NCBI GenBank assembly: GCA_020349885.1
Contig: CP070701.1
Span: forward strand, 1,270,512 to 1,334,511
Source of the DNA: Acidobacteriota bacterium
GTDB taxonomy: Bacteria; Acidobacteriota; G020349885
Direction of reading: 5' to 3'
DNA length: 64,000 bases
This document shows positions 38,247-46,985 of this stretch, one piece after another; the stretch's first letter is position 1, and every line of letters starts with the position of its first letter. The notes under the pieces are model-generated. The model did no database searches, was not told the DNA's origin, and saw only the letters and a program-made list of their open reading frames with translations. The position numbers and the translations under genes are program-made.

Positions 38247-38555
38247 ATGGCCTACATTATTGCTGAACCGTGCCTCGGGACCAAGGACACGGCGTGCGTC
38301 GAGGTCTGCCCCGTGGACTGCATCTACGACGCGGGCAAGATTCTTTACATCCATCCCGAGGAGTGCATCAACTGCGCCCTCTGTGAGCCGGCGTGCCCCG
38401 TGGACGCCGTCTTCGAGGAAAGCGCCACCCCGCCGCAGTGGGAGCACTACATCGAAGAGAACAGAAAATTCTTCGAAGACCATCCCGACTACGCCGACCG
38501 CGAAAAATATCCCATCAAGAAGGGCGAGGAGTACGAGCCTCCCTATTCGGGCTAG
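38247..38555 (+). CDS. ferredoxin (3Fe-4S/4Fe-4S type)
   Basis: MAYIIAEPC..KDTACVEVCPVDCI and CINCALCEPACPVDAV cluster motifs. RBS AGGAGA upstream. Confidence 0.88.
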   Translation: MAYIIAEPCLGTKDTACVEVCPVDCIYDAGKILYIHPEECINCALCEPACPVDAVFEESATPPQWEHYIEENRKFFEDHPDYADREKYPIKKGEEYEPPYSG

Positions 38556-38629
38556 AGGTTCTTTCCGACGGCGGGGCCGGGGGACGGGTGTAATTTCCGC
38601 AGCGAAGCTGCGCGGCGAATAGCATTTCA

Positions 38630-39934
38630 TCAGTTAGCTGCTTCATGCGGCTCCGAGTCCGGCGACGAGGGCGGCGCCCAGCGTTCGACCACGGCGGCCC
38701 CGACGGCGTCACCCCAGACGTTCACGGTGGTGCGGCAGCGGTCGAGGAGCCAGTCGATCGAGAGAATGCTCGCCATGCCCGCGGTGATGACCTCCTGCGG
38801 GTAGCCCACCGACGTGAGCACGATGAGCATCGTCACGAGGCCGGCTTCGGGGATTCCGGCCGCGCCGATGGCGGCAAGCGTCGCGGTAACGGCGATAATG
38901 AGCATTCCTCCCAAACCGATGTGAATGCCCGCCGCCACGGCGAAGGCTTGGCCGATGAACACGGCCGCGACTGCCTCGTAGAGGCCGGTGCCGTCCATGT
39001 TGACCGTGGCCCCGATGGGAAGGACGAACGTGGCCACGTCGGAGCGCACCCGGTTCCGCTCCGTGATGGAGCGGATGGTCACGGGAAGCGTCGCCGAGCT
39101 CGACGCGGTCGAAAAGGCCGTAAGCAGCGCCGGCGCCACCCCCGCCGCGTAGCGGTGCGGGGCGCGGCGGCCGAGAAAGTACAGAAGGAGCGGAAGCACC
39201 ACGAGCGCGTGCACGGCGAGCCCGAGGAGAACCGTCGAGGCGTACCACCCGACGGCTGCGAGCTCGCGCCCGACGGCCGCACCGCCTCCCTGCTCTCCCA
39301 GGCGCCCCGCCACGAGGCCGAAGATGCCCACCGGCGCAGCGTACATCACGAGGCGCACCATAACCATGACGGCCTCGTTCGCGCCGAGGCAGAAATCGAG
39401 CACCGGTTTTCCCGCCTTCCCGAGCGTCGTGAGCACGCCCCCGAACACGAGGGCGAACACAATTAGGGGAAGGATTTGCTGCCGTGCCGCCGCGTCGAGA
39501 ATGTTTTTTGGAAAGATCGAGAACAGGATGTCCTTGAGAGCGTCCGCGGGCGTTTTGCCCATGCTCTCTTCGATGCGGGAAGCCAAGGCGGGGTCGGTCA
39601 GGGCTGCGGCATGCTCTTGAAAGCCACGGCCGGGTTGAATGACGTTCACCAGGAGAAGGCCCACGAAAACCGCCGCAAGCGTCGTGAGTGCGTAGTAGGT
39701 GAGCGCCGCGCCGCCCGTGCGGCCGATTTTTCTCACGTCCCCGAGCGATGCGATGCCCGCGATCATCGAGAAAAAGACGAGGGGCACGATGAGGAGAAAC
39801 AGCGCGTGCAGGAAAAGCTCGCCCAGGAACTTGACGCGCGCCATGGGCTCGCCGAAGATCCAGCCGCAGAGACCTCCCGCGAGCACCCCCGCGACGATGC
39901 CGTAGAAGATGAAGCGCTGTCCTCGTCCTTCCAT
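38630..39934 (-). CDS. dicarboxylate/amino acid:cation symporter (DAACS family)
   Basis: ~434 aa polytopic protein with blocks like SSATLP, GATVNMDGT and DWLLDRCRTTVNVWGD, characteristic of the GltP/SLC1 family. Confidence 0.85.
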   Translation of the reverse strand: MEGRGQRFIFYGIVAGVLAGGLCGWIFGEPMARVKFLGELFLHALFLLIVPLVFFSMIAGIASLGDVRKIGRTGGAALTYYALTTLAAVFVGLLLVNVIQPGRGFQEHAAALTDPALASRIEESMGKTPADALKDILFSIFPKNILDAAARQQILPLIVFALVFGGVLTTLGKAGKPVLDFCLGANEAVMVMVRLVMYAAPVGIFGLVAGRLGEQGGGAAVGRELAAVGWYASTVLLGLAVHALVVLPLLLYFLGRRAPHRYAAGVAPALLTAFSTASSSATLPVTIRSITERNRVRSDVATFVLPIGATVNMDGTGLYEAVAAVFIGQAFAVAAGIHIGLGGMLIIAVTATLAAIGAAGIPEAGLVTMLIVLTSVGYPQEVITAGMASILSIDWLLDRCRTTVNVWGDAVGAAVVERWAPPSSPDSEPHEAAN

Positions 39935-39992
39935 CAGGGATGATTATACACGACGGAGGCGCCGCAGACGATTTTTCCTCAGCTTTCTCGGG

Positions 39993-41150
39993 TCAAAACG
40001 GGAAGCGCTTCAGGCCATGACCCCCGGCGGCCACTTCACCGAAGACCTGCGCCGTGAACGTCTCGATTTTCGTCTCGGGCTCCTTCCACGAGCCGGGCGA
40101 GAGGCCGGCCTTGAGGCAGGTATGCTCCAGAAATTCCTCGCGCTCCATCGCGTGCTCCACCGCCACCTGGGGAAGGAGAAGCCCCCGCCTCGCCCCCTGT
40201 TCCACGATAAGACCGTGCCGGCCGATGTCGACGTCTTCGGGGCGGGAAAGGGGGCGGGGGGACGAGAGGACCGAAATCTCGACGTGCAGGCGAGGCAACT
40301 CTTCGGCCCGAAGCGGCTCGAAGCGGAGGTCCTCGCTCGCGGCCATGCGGGCGCATTGGGAAACAACCTCGGCGAGGGGCCGCGTGGGTTGGATGTAACC
40401 GATGCAGCCGCGCAGTTCGCCGTCCACGCGAAGCGTCACGAAGGCGCCGCGCTTCGCCGAAAGAGGCGGCGTTTCCTTCACGGTCCGGCCGCCCCCGCTC
40501 CGTTCAAGCCATTGTTCGACGGCACCGCGCGCGGCGCCGAGCAGGCGCTTCTGTTCCGCGGGAAGAAGAAATTCCTCCGCCCCGTTGCACCGCGCGATGA
40601 CGCGGCGCTCCGTGATGACGAAATCCATCGGCACGTCGTCTGGGGAAGCGGGAAGCGGCGCGTCGAGAATCTGGCATTCGTAGGCCAGCCCCGCGCGGGC
40701 GGCGGCGAGATTCTTCAAGAAGCGGTCGTAGTAGCCGCGGCCGAAACCGAGTCGGAAGCCGCGGGAGTCGAACGCGACTCCGGGCACGAGGACTAGCTCG
40801 AGAGATTCCGAATCGACGGGGCGGCGCTCGCGGGGCGCCTCGATGCCGAACGGGTCGCGCTCCATGGGATCGTCCGGGGACGTGAGCTCGCACGCAAGCA
40901 GCGCATCGCTCGAGGCGTCCACCGCCGGCACGGACACGCGCTTGCCCCGCGAAAGGGCGCCGCGCAGAATCGAGCGCGTTTCGACCTCCTCGGCCATGGA
41001 AAGATAGAGATGCAGACTCGCGGCGCGTTGAACCAGTGGAAAGCGCTCGACGCGGTCGAAAATCTCGGCGTTAAGCCGCCGACGCTCGGTATCCTCGAGG
41101 CGTTGGCGGGCGGTGCGGAAGCGCTTGCGCAGTGTCTCTTTCGAATCCAC
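39993..41150 (-). CDS. fusion protein: 5-formyltetrahydrofolate cyclo-ligase domain + AMMECR1 domain
   Basis: N-half LVLVPGVAFDSRGFRLGFGRGYYDRFL (5-FCL). C-half GAFVTLRVDGELRGCIGYIQP...DLRFEPL...LLLPQVAVE (AMMECR1). GTG start at 41150 preceded by AAGAGG with a 7-nt spacer. Confidence 0.8.
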   Translation of the reverse strand: MDSKETLRKRFRTARQRLEDTERRRLNAEIFDRVERFPLVQRAASLHLYLSMAEEVETRSILRGALSRGKRVSVPAVDASSDALLACELTSPDDPMERDPFGIEAPRERRPVDSESLELVLVPGVAFDSRGFRLGFGRGYYDRFLKNLAAARAGLAYECQILDAPLPASPDDVPMDFVITERRVIARCNGAEEFLLPAEQKRLLGAARGAVEQWLERSGGGRTVKETPPLSAKRGAFVTLRVDGELRGCIGYIQPTRPLAEVVSQCARMAASEDLRFEPLRAEELPRLHVEISVLSSPRPLSRPEDVDIGRHGLIVEQGARRGLLLPQVAVEHAMEREEFLEHTCLKAGLSPGSWKEPETKIETFTAQVFGEVAAGGHGLKRFPF

Positions 41151-41282
41151 TGAATTGCCTCTTGACTTTTGCCAGCCGTTCCGTAGACTACTTTCGGTGG
41201 GGGCGCAACCATGGTAGCACATAATCGCCCGTGAAGGGAGGCGGCTGGTGTATCTCGTTCGGGAAATAGGAGTGCCATCGGT

Positions 41283-41537
41283 ATGCCGTCGCTGAAAGAG
41301 CGGCTTGAGAGAATTGTCTCGGAGATGATTGAAAACGGCGTTAAACTCGACGAGGCGGTGCGAGACTTCGAGCGCAAGTACATTGCGATGGCCCTGAAGC
41401 ATGCCAACGGCAGCCGCTCCGCCGCGGCGAAATCCTTGGGCATTCACCGCAACACGCTCAGGCGAAAAAGCCTTTCGCCCGCGAAAAAATCCGCGCCGCG
41501 CAAGCGCTCACGACGGCGTTCACGTCCGTCCAAGTAG
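41283..41537 (+). CDS. small Fis-type helix-turn-helix DNA-binding protein
   Basis: VRDFERKYIAMALKHANGSRSAAAKSLGIHRNTLRRK matches the Fis/NtrC C-terminal HTH. Basic tail. RBS AGGAG upstream. Candidate promoter TTGACT-16-TAGACT at 41162-41189. Confidence 0.6.
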   Translation: MPSLKERLERIVSEMIENGVKLDEAVRDFERKYIAMALKHANGSRSAAAKSLGIHRNTLRRKSLSPAKKSAPRKRSRRRSRPSK

Positions 41538-41575
41538 TATTCCGCCCTCCCGCCCGCATCGCGGCGCGCTTCGAG

Positions 41576-41604
41576 TTGACAAGACGCCCAGGCTCTTCTA
41601 TTCT
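41576..41604 (+). promoter_or_regulatory. near-consensus sigma70-like promoter
   Basis: TTGACA (41576-41581), 17-nt spacer, TATTCT (41599-41604), ~40 nt upstream of ATG 41643. Confidence 0.5.
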
Positions 41605-41642
41605 ATGGGGAAACACGACCTTAAAAACGAAAGGAATTTCTG

Positions 41643-42092
41643 ATGGCGGATCCCAAGAAAGAACGTGTGTACCAAATTATCAACCTCGTGGCCGTTCTGG
41701 TGGTGGGCATCGTGATCGGCATCATCGTCGTTCAGAAGTACCACGGGCAGCCGGAGGAAGAGGTGCTGGATGAAGTGATAACCTCTCCGGCCGACCCCAC
41801 GGCAACGCAGCCGCTTACGACCGATAGTACCATACAGGTCACGCCCAAAGTGACGCCTCCTGCGGAGCCTTTGCCGCCGGTGAAGCTGAGCCAGCGCTCG
41901 AAGGTGCTCGCCACCGAGTTCCGTTGCCCTTGCAGATGCGGTCACATGCTCATCGAATGCAACTGCGCGAAAGTGCCCGGCCAGCGTGACGCCAAGGCGC
42001 TCCTGCAGGCGCTCGTGGATCAGGAGAAACCAAGCGACGAGATCCGCCGGGCCATGAGTGAACGCTTCGGCGACGACATCATTATCCAATAA
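41643..42092 (+). CDS. membrane-anchored Cys-motif protein, CcmH/NrfF-like C-terminal domain (atypical CPCRCG...ECNC)
   Basis: One TM helix (IINLVAVLVVGIVIGIIVV), a Pro/Thr linker, then LATEFRCPCRCGHMLIECNC...DEIRRAMSERFGDDI. This parallels the CcmH layout (LRCP.C...EI...M..RYGD). AT-richer than the flanks. Confidence 0.5.
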   Translation: MADPKKERVYQIINLVAVLVVGIVIGIIVVQKYHGQPEEEVLDEVITSPADPTATQPLTTDSTIQVTPKVTPPAEPLPPVKLSQRSKVLATEFRCPCRCGHMLIECNCAKVPGQRDAKALLQALVDQEKPSDEIRRAMSERFGDDIIIQ

Positions 42093-42134
42093 GGGACATT
42101 CCGTGAGCGGCGCGGCGACAGCAGCCTGCGCTCT

Positions 42135-42266
42135 TTCGTCACTTCCGAGTACCAAGTCATGCGGCACATGTGCAACCTCGAGTCGGTCATCACTTACGAG
42201 GGCACCCACGACATTCACACCCTCATCCTCGGCAGGGCGTTTACGGGCATAGGCGCCTTCTCGTAG
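42135..42266 (+). pseudogene. 3'-terminal remnant of a glutaryl-CoA/acyl-CoA dehydrogenase gene
   Basis: The frame open from 42093 reads ...[43 protein letters not shown]-stop. This is the conserved C-terminus of glutaryl-CoA dehydrogenases ([15 protein letters not shown]), with no upstream body. Confidence 0.65.
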
Positions 42267-42368
42267 GGTTTTTCCCCGAATCCGCCGAGGAGCGCGGCGG
42301 ACACTTCCATGACGCCAGGCCCTTTTCCCGTTGCGTTTGCGCGCCGTTGCGCTTATCCTAGAGGGGTC

Positions 42369-42662
42369 ATGGCCGTTACGAAAGACGACGTTCGGCACAT
42401 CGCGAAGCTCGCGAAGCTGGCGCTCTCCGGGGATGAGCTTGAGCGCCTCACGCGCGAGCTTGCCTCCATTCTCGAACACATCCGCGTGCTGGAGAAAGCC
42501 CCTCTCGAAGGGCTCGAGCCGGTCGCGCACGCCCTCGACGTCGTCTGCCCCGCGCGCGACGATACGACGGAAAGCTCGCTCCCGCGCGAGGAGGCGCTTC
42601 AAAACGCGCCCGAGCAGGAGGGCGGCGCGTTCAAGGTTCCGGAGGTCATCGAATCCTCGTGA
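42369..42662 (+). CDS. gatC: Asp/Glu-tRNA amidotransferase subunit C
   Basis: VRHIAKLAKLALSGDELERLTRELASILEHI. Start MAVTKDD at 42369. Confidence 0.9.
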   Translation: MAVTKDDVRHIAKLAKLALSGDELERLTRELASILEHIRVLEKAPLEGLEPVAHALDVVCPARDDTTESSLPREEALQNAPEQEGGAFKVPEVIESS

Positions 42663-44110
42663 GCAACACCCCGCTTGCCACGCTCTCCGAGCGCCTGCAG
42701 AAAAAGGAGACGACGTGCGTCGCCCTGGCGGAGGAGGCGCTCGCGCGAATCGAGGAGGTCAACCCGAAGCTCAACGCCTTTATCACGGTGATGCGCGACG
42801 AGGCTCTCGCCCGGGCCCGGGCGCTCGACGAGGAGCTCCGCGCGGGCAAGTCGCGCGGACCGCTTCACGGCGTCCCGACGGCGCTCAAGGACAACCTCTG
42901 CACGCGCGGCGTGCGGATGACGTGCGCCTCGAAGATTCTGGAGAATTTCGTCCCGCCCTACAACGCGACCTCGGTGGCGCGCGCCGAGGAGGCGGGCGCC
43001 GTCTTCGTCGGAAAAACCAATATGGACGAGTTCGCCATGGGCTCCTCGACCGAGCACAGCGCCTTCGGCGCGGCGCACAACCCCTGGGATCTGGAAAGAG
43101 TCACGGGAGGCTCGAGCGGCGGGAGCGCCGCGGCCGTGGCCTCGGGATGCGCGCCGGTCGCGCTCGGCTCCGACACGGGCGGCTCCATCCGGCAGCCCGC
43201 CGCGTTCTGTGGCGTCGTCGGCATGAAGCCCACGTACGGCCGCATCTCGCGCTACGGGCTGGTCGCGTTCGCCTCCTCCCTCGACCAGATCGGCCCCTTC
43301 GCACGGAGCGTGCACGACGCGGCTACGCTTCTCGCCGCCGTCGCGGGGCGCGACCCGCGCGATTCCACGTCCGTCGAGGTCGAGGCGGATTTTCTTGAGG
43401 GAATCGACCGGGGCGTGAAGGACCTCAAGGTTGGCCTCGTCGAGGAGGGCTTCGGCGAGGGCGTGGCCCCGGAGGTGCGGCAGGGCATCGAGCGGGCCGC
43501 GGAGATCCTCGGCGGCCTGGGCGCGCGCGTGGAGCGCCTTTCGCTTCCTTCCATCTCCTACGCGATTCCGACCTACTATCTTCTTTGCACGTCGGAGGCG
43601 AGCTCGAACCTCGCCCGCTACGACGGGGTGCGCTACGGCCGCCGCGCCCCGGAGGCGGGAAACGTCGAGGAGCTCTACGTCCGCTCCCGGAGCGAGGGGT
43701 TCGGCCCCGAGGTGAAGCGCCGCATCATGCTCGGCACCTACGCGCTGAGCGCCGGGTACTACGACGCTTACTACGCCCGCGCGCAGCGGGGGCGGCGCCT
43801 CATCGCGAACGATTTCAACGAGAAGTTCGAGCGCGTGCGTGTGCTGCTTCTTCCCTCGACGCCCACGCCGGCGTTCCGCCTCGGGGAAAACATCGACGAC
43901 CCCCTCCAGATGTACCTCTGCGACATCTTCACCGTCTCGATCAACCTTGGCGGCCTGCCGGGGCTTTCGATGCCTTGCGGCAAGACCTCGGAAGGTCTGC
44001 CACTGGGAGTTCAACTCGTGGCGCCCGCGTTTCAGGAGGCCACGCTCTTCCGCACGGCGCAGGCCCTCGAGAAAGGAATTTCCTTCGCCTACGAGGGGAT
44101 GGCGGTCTAG
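42659..44110 (+). CDS. gatA: Asp/Glu-tRNA amidotransferase subunit A
   Basis: Amidase signature GKTNMDEFAMGSSTE, GGSSGGSAAAVA. GTG start in a GTGA overlap with gatC. Confidence 0.95.
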   Translation: MSNTPLATLSERLQKKETTCVALAEEALARIEEVNPKLNAFITVMRDEALARARALDEELRAGKSRGPLHGVPTALKDNLCTRGVRMTCASKILENFVPPYNATSVARAEEAGAVFVGKTNMDEFAMGSSTEHSAFGAAHNPWDLERVTGGSSGGSAAAVASGCAPVALGSDTGGSIRQPAAFCGVVGMKPTYGRISRYGLVAFASSLDQIGPFARSVHDAATLLAAVAGRDPRDSTSVEVEADFLEGIDRGVKDLKVGLVEEGFGEGVAPEVRQGIERAAEILGGLGARVERLSLPSISYAIPTYYLLCTSEASSNLARYDGVRYGRRAPEAGNVEELYVRSRSEGFGPEVKRRIMLGTYALSAGYYDAYYARAQRGRRLIANDFNEKFERVRVLLLPSTPTPAFRLGENIDDPLQMYLCDIFTVSINLGGLPGLSMPCGKTSEGLPLGVQLVAPAFQEATLFRTAQALEKGISFAYEGMAV

Positions 44111-44174
44111 GGGAGCAGCGTGCCGTAGCTCAGCCGCCGGCCGGGATCGGCCTTCGCCCGAAAGGGGTTTATTC

Positions 44175-45308
44175 GTGATTTACCTTGACCGCATCACGAC
44201 CACGCCGCTCGACGAGCGCGTCTTTCGCACCATGGAGCCCTACCTGCGCGAGCACTGGGGGAGTCCCTCGAACCTCGGCCGCGCGGGCGACGCTCCGGCC
44301 GCTGCGCTTGAGAAGGCGCGCGCCGACGTCTCGGCGCTCGTTGGAAGCAAGGCAGAGGAGATCTTCTTCACCTCGGGCGGCGCGGAGGCCTCGAACTGGG
44401 CGATCAAGGGCCTGCTGCGCCACCCGCGCGTCGCCGGGCGGCGCGTCCTTGCTTCCCCCGTCGAGAACCTGCACGTCCGGCACCCCCTCGAGCGCATGCG
44501 CCGCGAGGGCTTCGACGTCTCGTGGCTTTCGGTCGACTCCGAGGGGCGGGTGAATCCGGACGAGGTTCAGAAAACGCTGCGGCGGGAGAAAGCGGCGCTC
44601 GTGGCGCTGGTGGCTGCAAGCGGCGAGGCGGGCACGCTCGAGCCCCTCGTCGGTGTGGGACGAATCGCGCGCGAGGCCGGCGCCGCCTTTTTCGTGGACG
44701 CAACCCATGCGGCCGGGCACGTTCCGCTCGATGTCCGTGAGATGAACATCGACCTTCTGAGCCTTTCGGCGCACTACTTCTACGGGCCGAAGGGCGCGGG
44801 CGCGCTCTTCAGGCGGGAGGGCCTCTCCCTTCTGCCTCTCGTCGAGGGCGGAGCCCAGGAAGAGGGCCTTCGCGCCGGGACGCCGAACGTGGCTGGCTGC
44901 GCTGGCCTGGGGGAGGCGGCGCGCCTCGCGCGCGAGGAGGCGGACTCGCGCGGCACGCACCTCGGATCACTCGCGCGGGAAATCCGCGCGGTGCTCCAAT
45001 CCCTCGACGGCCTCTCGTTAACGGGTCACCCCGTGGAGCGCCTGCCCGGCCACGAGAGCTTCTGTGTGGAAGGGGTGGACGGTGAGGCGCTTCTCGTTCT
45101 GCTGAACGAAGAGGGCGTCACGGCCTCGAGCGGCTCGGTGTGCTCCTCTGAGATTGGAAAGCCCTCGCATGTGCTTCAGGCCATGGGGCTTCCGCCCGAG
45201 CGCATCAAGAGCTCGCTTGTCCTTGCACCCCTCAAGAGCACGACGAGGGAGGAGGTGCTTGAGGCGATGCGGATTCTCAAGCACTGCGTGGAGCGCCTCC
45301 GCGCCTAG
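44175..45308 (+). CDS. NifS/IscS-like aminotransferase class V paralogue lacking the PLP-binding lysine
   Basis: Collinear with cysteine desulfurases (TSGGAEASN, SSGSVCSS), but the SxxGHK motif reads SLSAHYFYGPKG (Tyr codon TAC at 44775-44777). GTG start at 44175 after AAAGGGG. Confidence 0.75.
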   Translation: MIYLDRITTTPLDERVFRTMEPYLREHWGSPSNLGRAGDAPAAALEKARADVSALVGSKAEEIFFTSGGAEASNWAIKGLLRHPRVAGRRVLASPVENLHVRHPLERMRREGFDVSWLSVDSEGRVNPDEVQKTLRREKAALVALVAASGEAGTLEPLVGVGRIAREAGAAFFVDATHAAGHVPLDVREMNIDLLSLSAHYFYGPKGAGALFRREGLSLLPLVEGGAQEEGLRAGTPNVAGCAGLGEAARLAREEADSRGTHLGSLAREIRAVLQSLDGLSLTGHPVERLPGHESFCVEGVDGEALLVLLNEEGVTASSGSVCSSEIGKPSHVLQAMGLPPERIKSSLVLAPLKSTTREEVLEAMRILKHCVERLRA

Positions 45309-45340
45309 GCGCGGCAGCGGGCGGGATTTCTACTGGATTT

Positions 45341-46063
45341 CTACTGGAGCGTGAACCGAACGATCACATTGAACTGCAAGCTGATGGGCCTGCCGTGAAG
45401 GGTGCTGGGCTCGTACTTCCACTTCCAGACGGCCTCGACGGCCTCTTCGGTCATCCCGAGCGGTCCTCCTTGGACGACTACCACATCGGCGACGTTTCCC
45501 CTTTCGTCAACGGTAACATTCAGGAAGACATTGCCCTCCAGGCCCACCCGCTTGGCCTCGTCGGGGTAATCCGGCTCGACGCGGTAAACGCACTTCGGTG
45601 GCGTGGTGCCTGCCATGCCCGCGACGAGGGCGCCGACGGGCGCGGGCGGCCCGTCGGGAATGCCGATCATGACCTCCACGCCCGGCGGGATGATAATTTC
45701 CGGAGGCTCCGGCTCGCGGATGGGCTCCGGCTCGTCCGGCGTGGGGTCGGGAACGATCACGCGAACTTTCTTCTCCTTCTTTGCGGGAGGAGGGGGAATC
45801 TTGGGCGGGGGAACGATCCTGAGGACCTTCATCACGGCCTTTTTGACCAGCTTCTTTTCCATAACCACTTCTTTACTCTCAATGAGGAAGAACAAGGGGA
45901 GCAGAAGATGGAACAGGACGGCGACGATGGTAACGCGCTTGATGCGGTTGGGCGCCTTGGGGTCGATCGCGAGGAGGAGATTAAGGTCTACCTTCGAGGA
46001 AGGCGACTCTTTGCCTTCGGCCGCCGGCCGGGAAGTGTTACCGGATTTCTCTTCGTCCGCCAT
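45341..46063 (-). CDS. tonB: energy transducer TonB
   Basis: N-terminal TM, Pro-rich spacer (PPPKIPPPPAKKEKK, EPEPIREPEPPE), C-terminal TonB_C (YPDEAKRVGLEGNV...V...). Confidence 0.88.
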   Translation of the reverse strand: MADEEKSGNTSRPAAEGKESPSSKVDLNLLLAIDPKAPNRIKRVTIVAVLFHLLLPLFFLIESKEVVMEKKLVKKAVMKVLRIVPPPKIPPPPAKKEKKVRVIVPDPTPDEPEPIREPEPPEIIIPPGVEVMIGIPDGPPAPVGALVAGMAGTTPPKCVYRVEPDYPDEAKRVGLEGNVFLNVTVDERGNVADVVVVQGGPLGMTEEAVEAVWKWKYEPSTLHGRPISLQFNVIVRFTLQ

Positions 46064-46066
46064 GGC

Positions 46067-46534
46067 TTAAAACTCCCCCAGCACTTGCTGGATCTCGTAA
46101 AGCTCCGCCAGGGAGGGAATCGAAATTTTCCGCACCCAGAAGCCGTGGCTCTCCTCCTTCGCCGTGCGCAGGGTGTCGTAGGCCGCGAGCATAGCCCCGT
46201 AGTCCGCCATGGGGTCGGTGTGGATCATCACGGGCTTATCGGGCCAGCCGATGCCTTCCGTGAGCTTGGGCGCCAGGTACCCCAGCAGGTCCTTGAGCTC
46301 CATGGGGCGGCGGTCCACTTCGTAGCTTCCGTCCGGGAACACCTTGATGTAGACCGCCTCCTCGCGCTCGATGGCCTTCGGCACCTCCTCCTTTTTGGGG
46401 AGCTCGTAGTCGAGGCCGCGGGTGATGCTGAACACGGCGGTCACCATGAAGAAGACAATCAGAAGGAACGCGATGTCGGCCATCGAGGCCGTGGGAATTT
46501 CAGGGGAAACGAATCCTTTCTTCCTGAAGCGCAT
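46067..46534 (-). CDS. exbD: ExbD/TolR family biopolymer transport protein
   Basis: SMADIAFLLIVFFMVT signature helix. Confidence 0.88.
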   Translation of the reverse strand: MRFRKKGFVSPEIPTASMADIAFLLIVFFMVTAVFSITRGLDYELPKKEEVPKAIEREEAVYIKVFPDGSYEVDRRPMELKDLLGYLAPKLTEGIGWPDKPVMIHTDPMADYGAMLAAYDTLRTAKEESHGFWVRKISIPSLAELYEIQQVLGEF

Positions 46535-46538
46535 GGGG

Positions 46539-46976
46539 TCAGCTCCTGACGTCTTCCACGGTTTTCTGGGCGGAGAGGAAATAGATGTTCCGCGCCTCGG
46601 CTTCCTTGAGCATCTCGATGACGCGGTCGATGCGATCGTACTTCACGTTATAGTCGGCCTTGATGACGAAAGGATGGGCCGCGTTGACGGACGTGACGTT
46701 CATGATGAAGTATGGGAGGTCTTCGATGCCGCTGATCGGCTCGCTGGTCTCCTCACCAGCCGTGAAATACACATCGCCGTCGTATGAAAGCACGATGTAA
46801 GCCGAGCCGCGCACAACCTCGTAGCGTTCCACCGTTTTTGGAGGATCAACCTGAGTGCGGTCCACCTGGAACGTCGTCGTGACCATGAAGAAGACGATCA
46901 GAAGAAACGCGATGTCGGCCATCGAGCACGTCGGGATGACGGGCGGAACCGCGCGTTTATGGATACGGAAAGCCAT
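46539..46976 (-). CDS. exbD: ExbD/TolR family biopolymer transport protein (second copy)
   Basis: SMADIAFLLIVFFMVTT signature helix. Confidence 0.88.
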   Translation of the reverse strand: MAFRIHKRAVPPVIPTCSMADIAFLLIVFFMVTTTFQVDRTQVDPPKTVERYEVVRGSAYIVLSYDGDVYFTAGEETSEPISGIEDLPYFIMNVTSVNAAHPFVIKADYNVKYDRIDRVIEMLKEAEARNIYFLSAQKTVEDVRS

Positions 46977-46985
46977 CGCGTCTTC

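Noticed and set aside
41151-41282. Possible 6S RNA (ssrS), since ssrS commonly precedes the 5-formyltetrahydrofolate cyclo-ligase gene.
   Set aside because: Only ~130 nt are available before the divergent Fis-type gene. I could find just one 7-bp pairing (CCAGCCG/CGGCTGG) and no convincing long closing stem or central bubble. An Rfam RF00013 scan would settle it.
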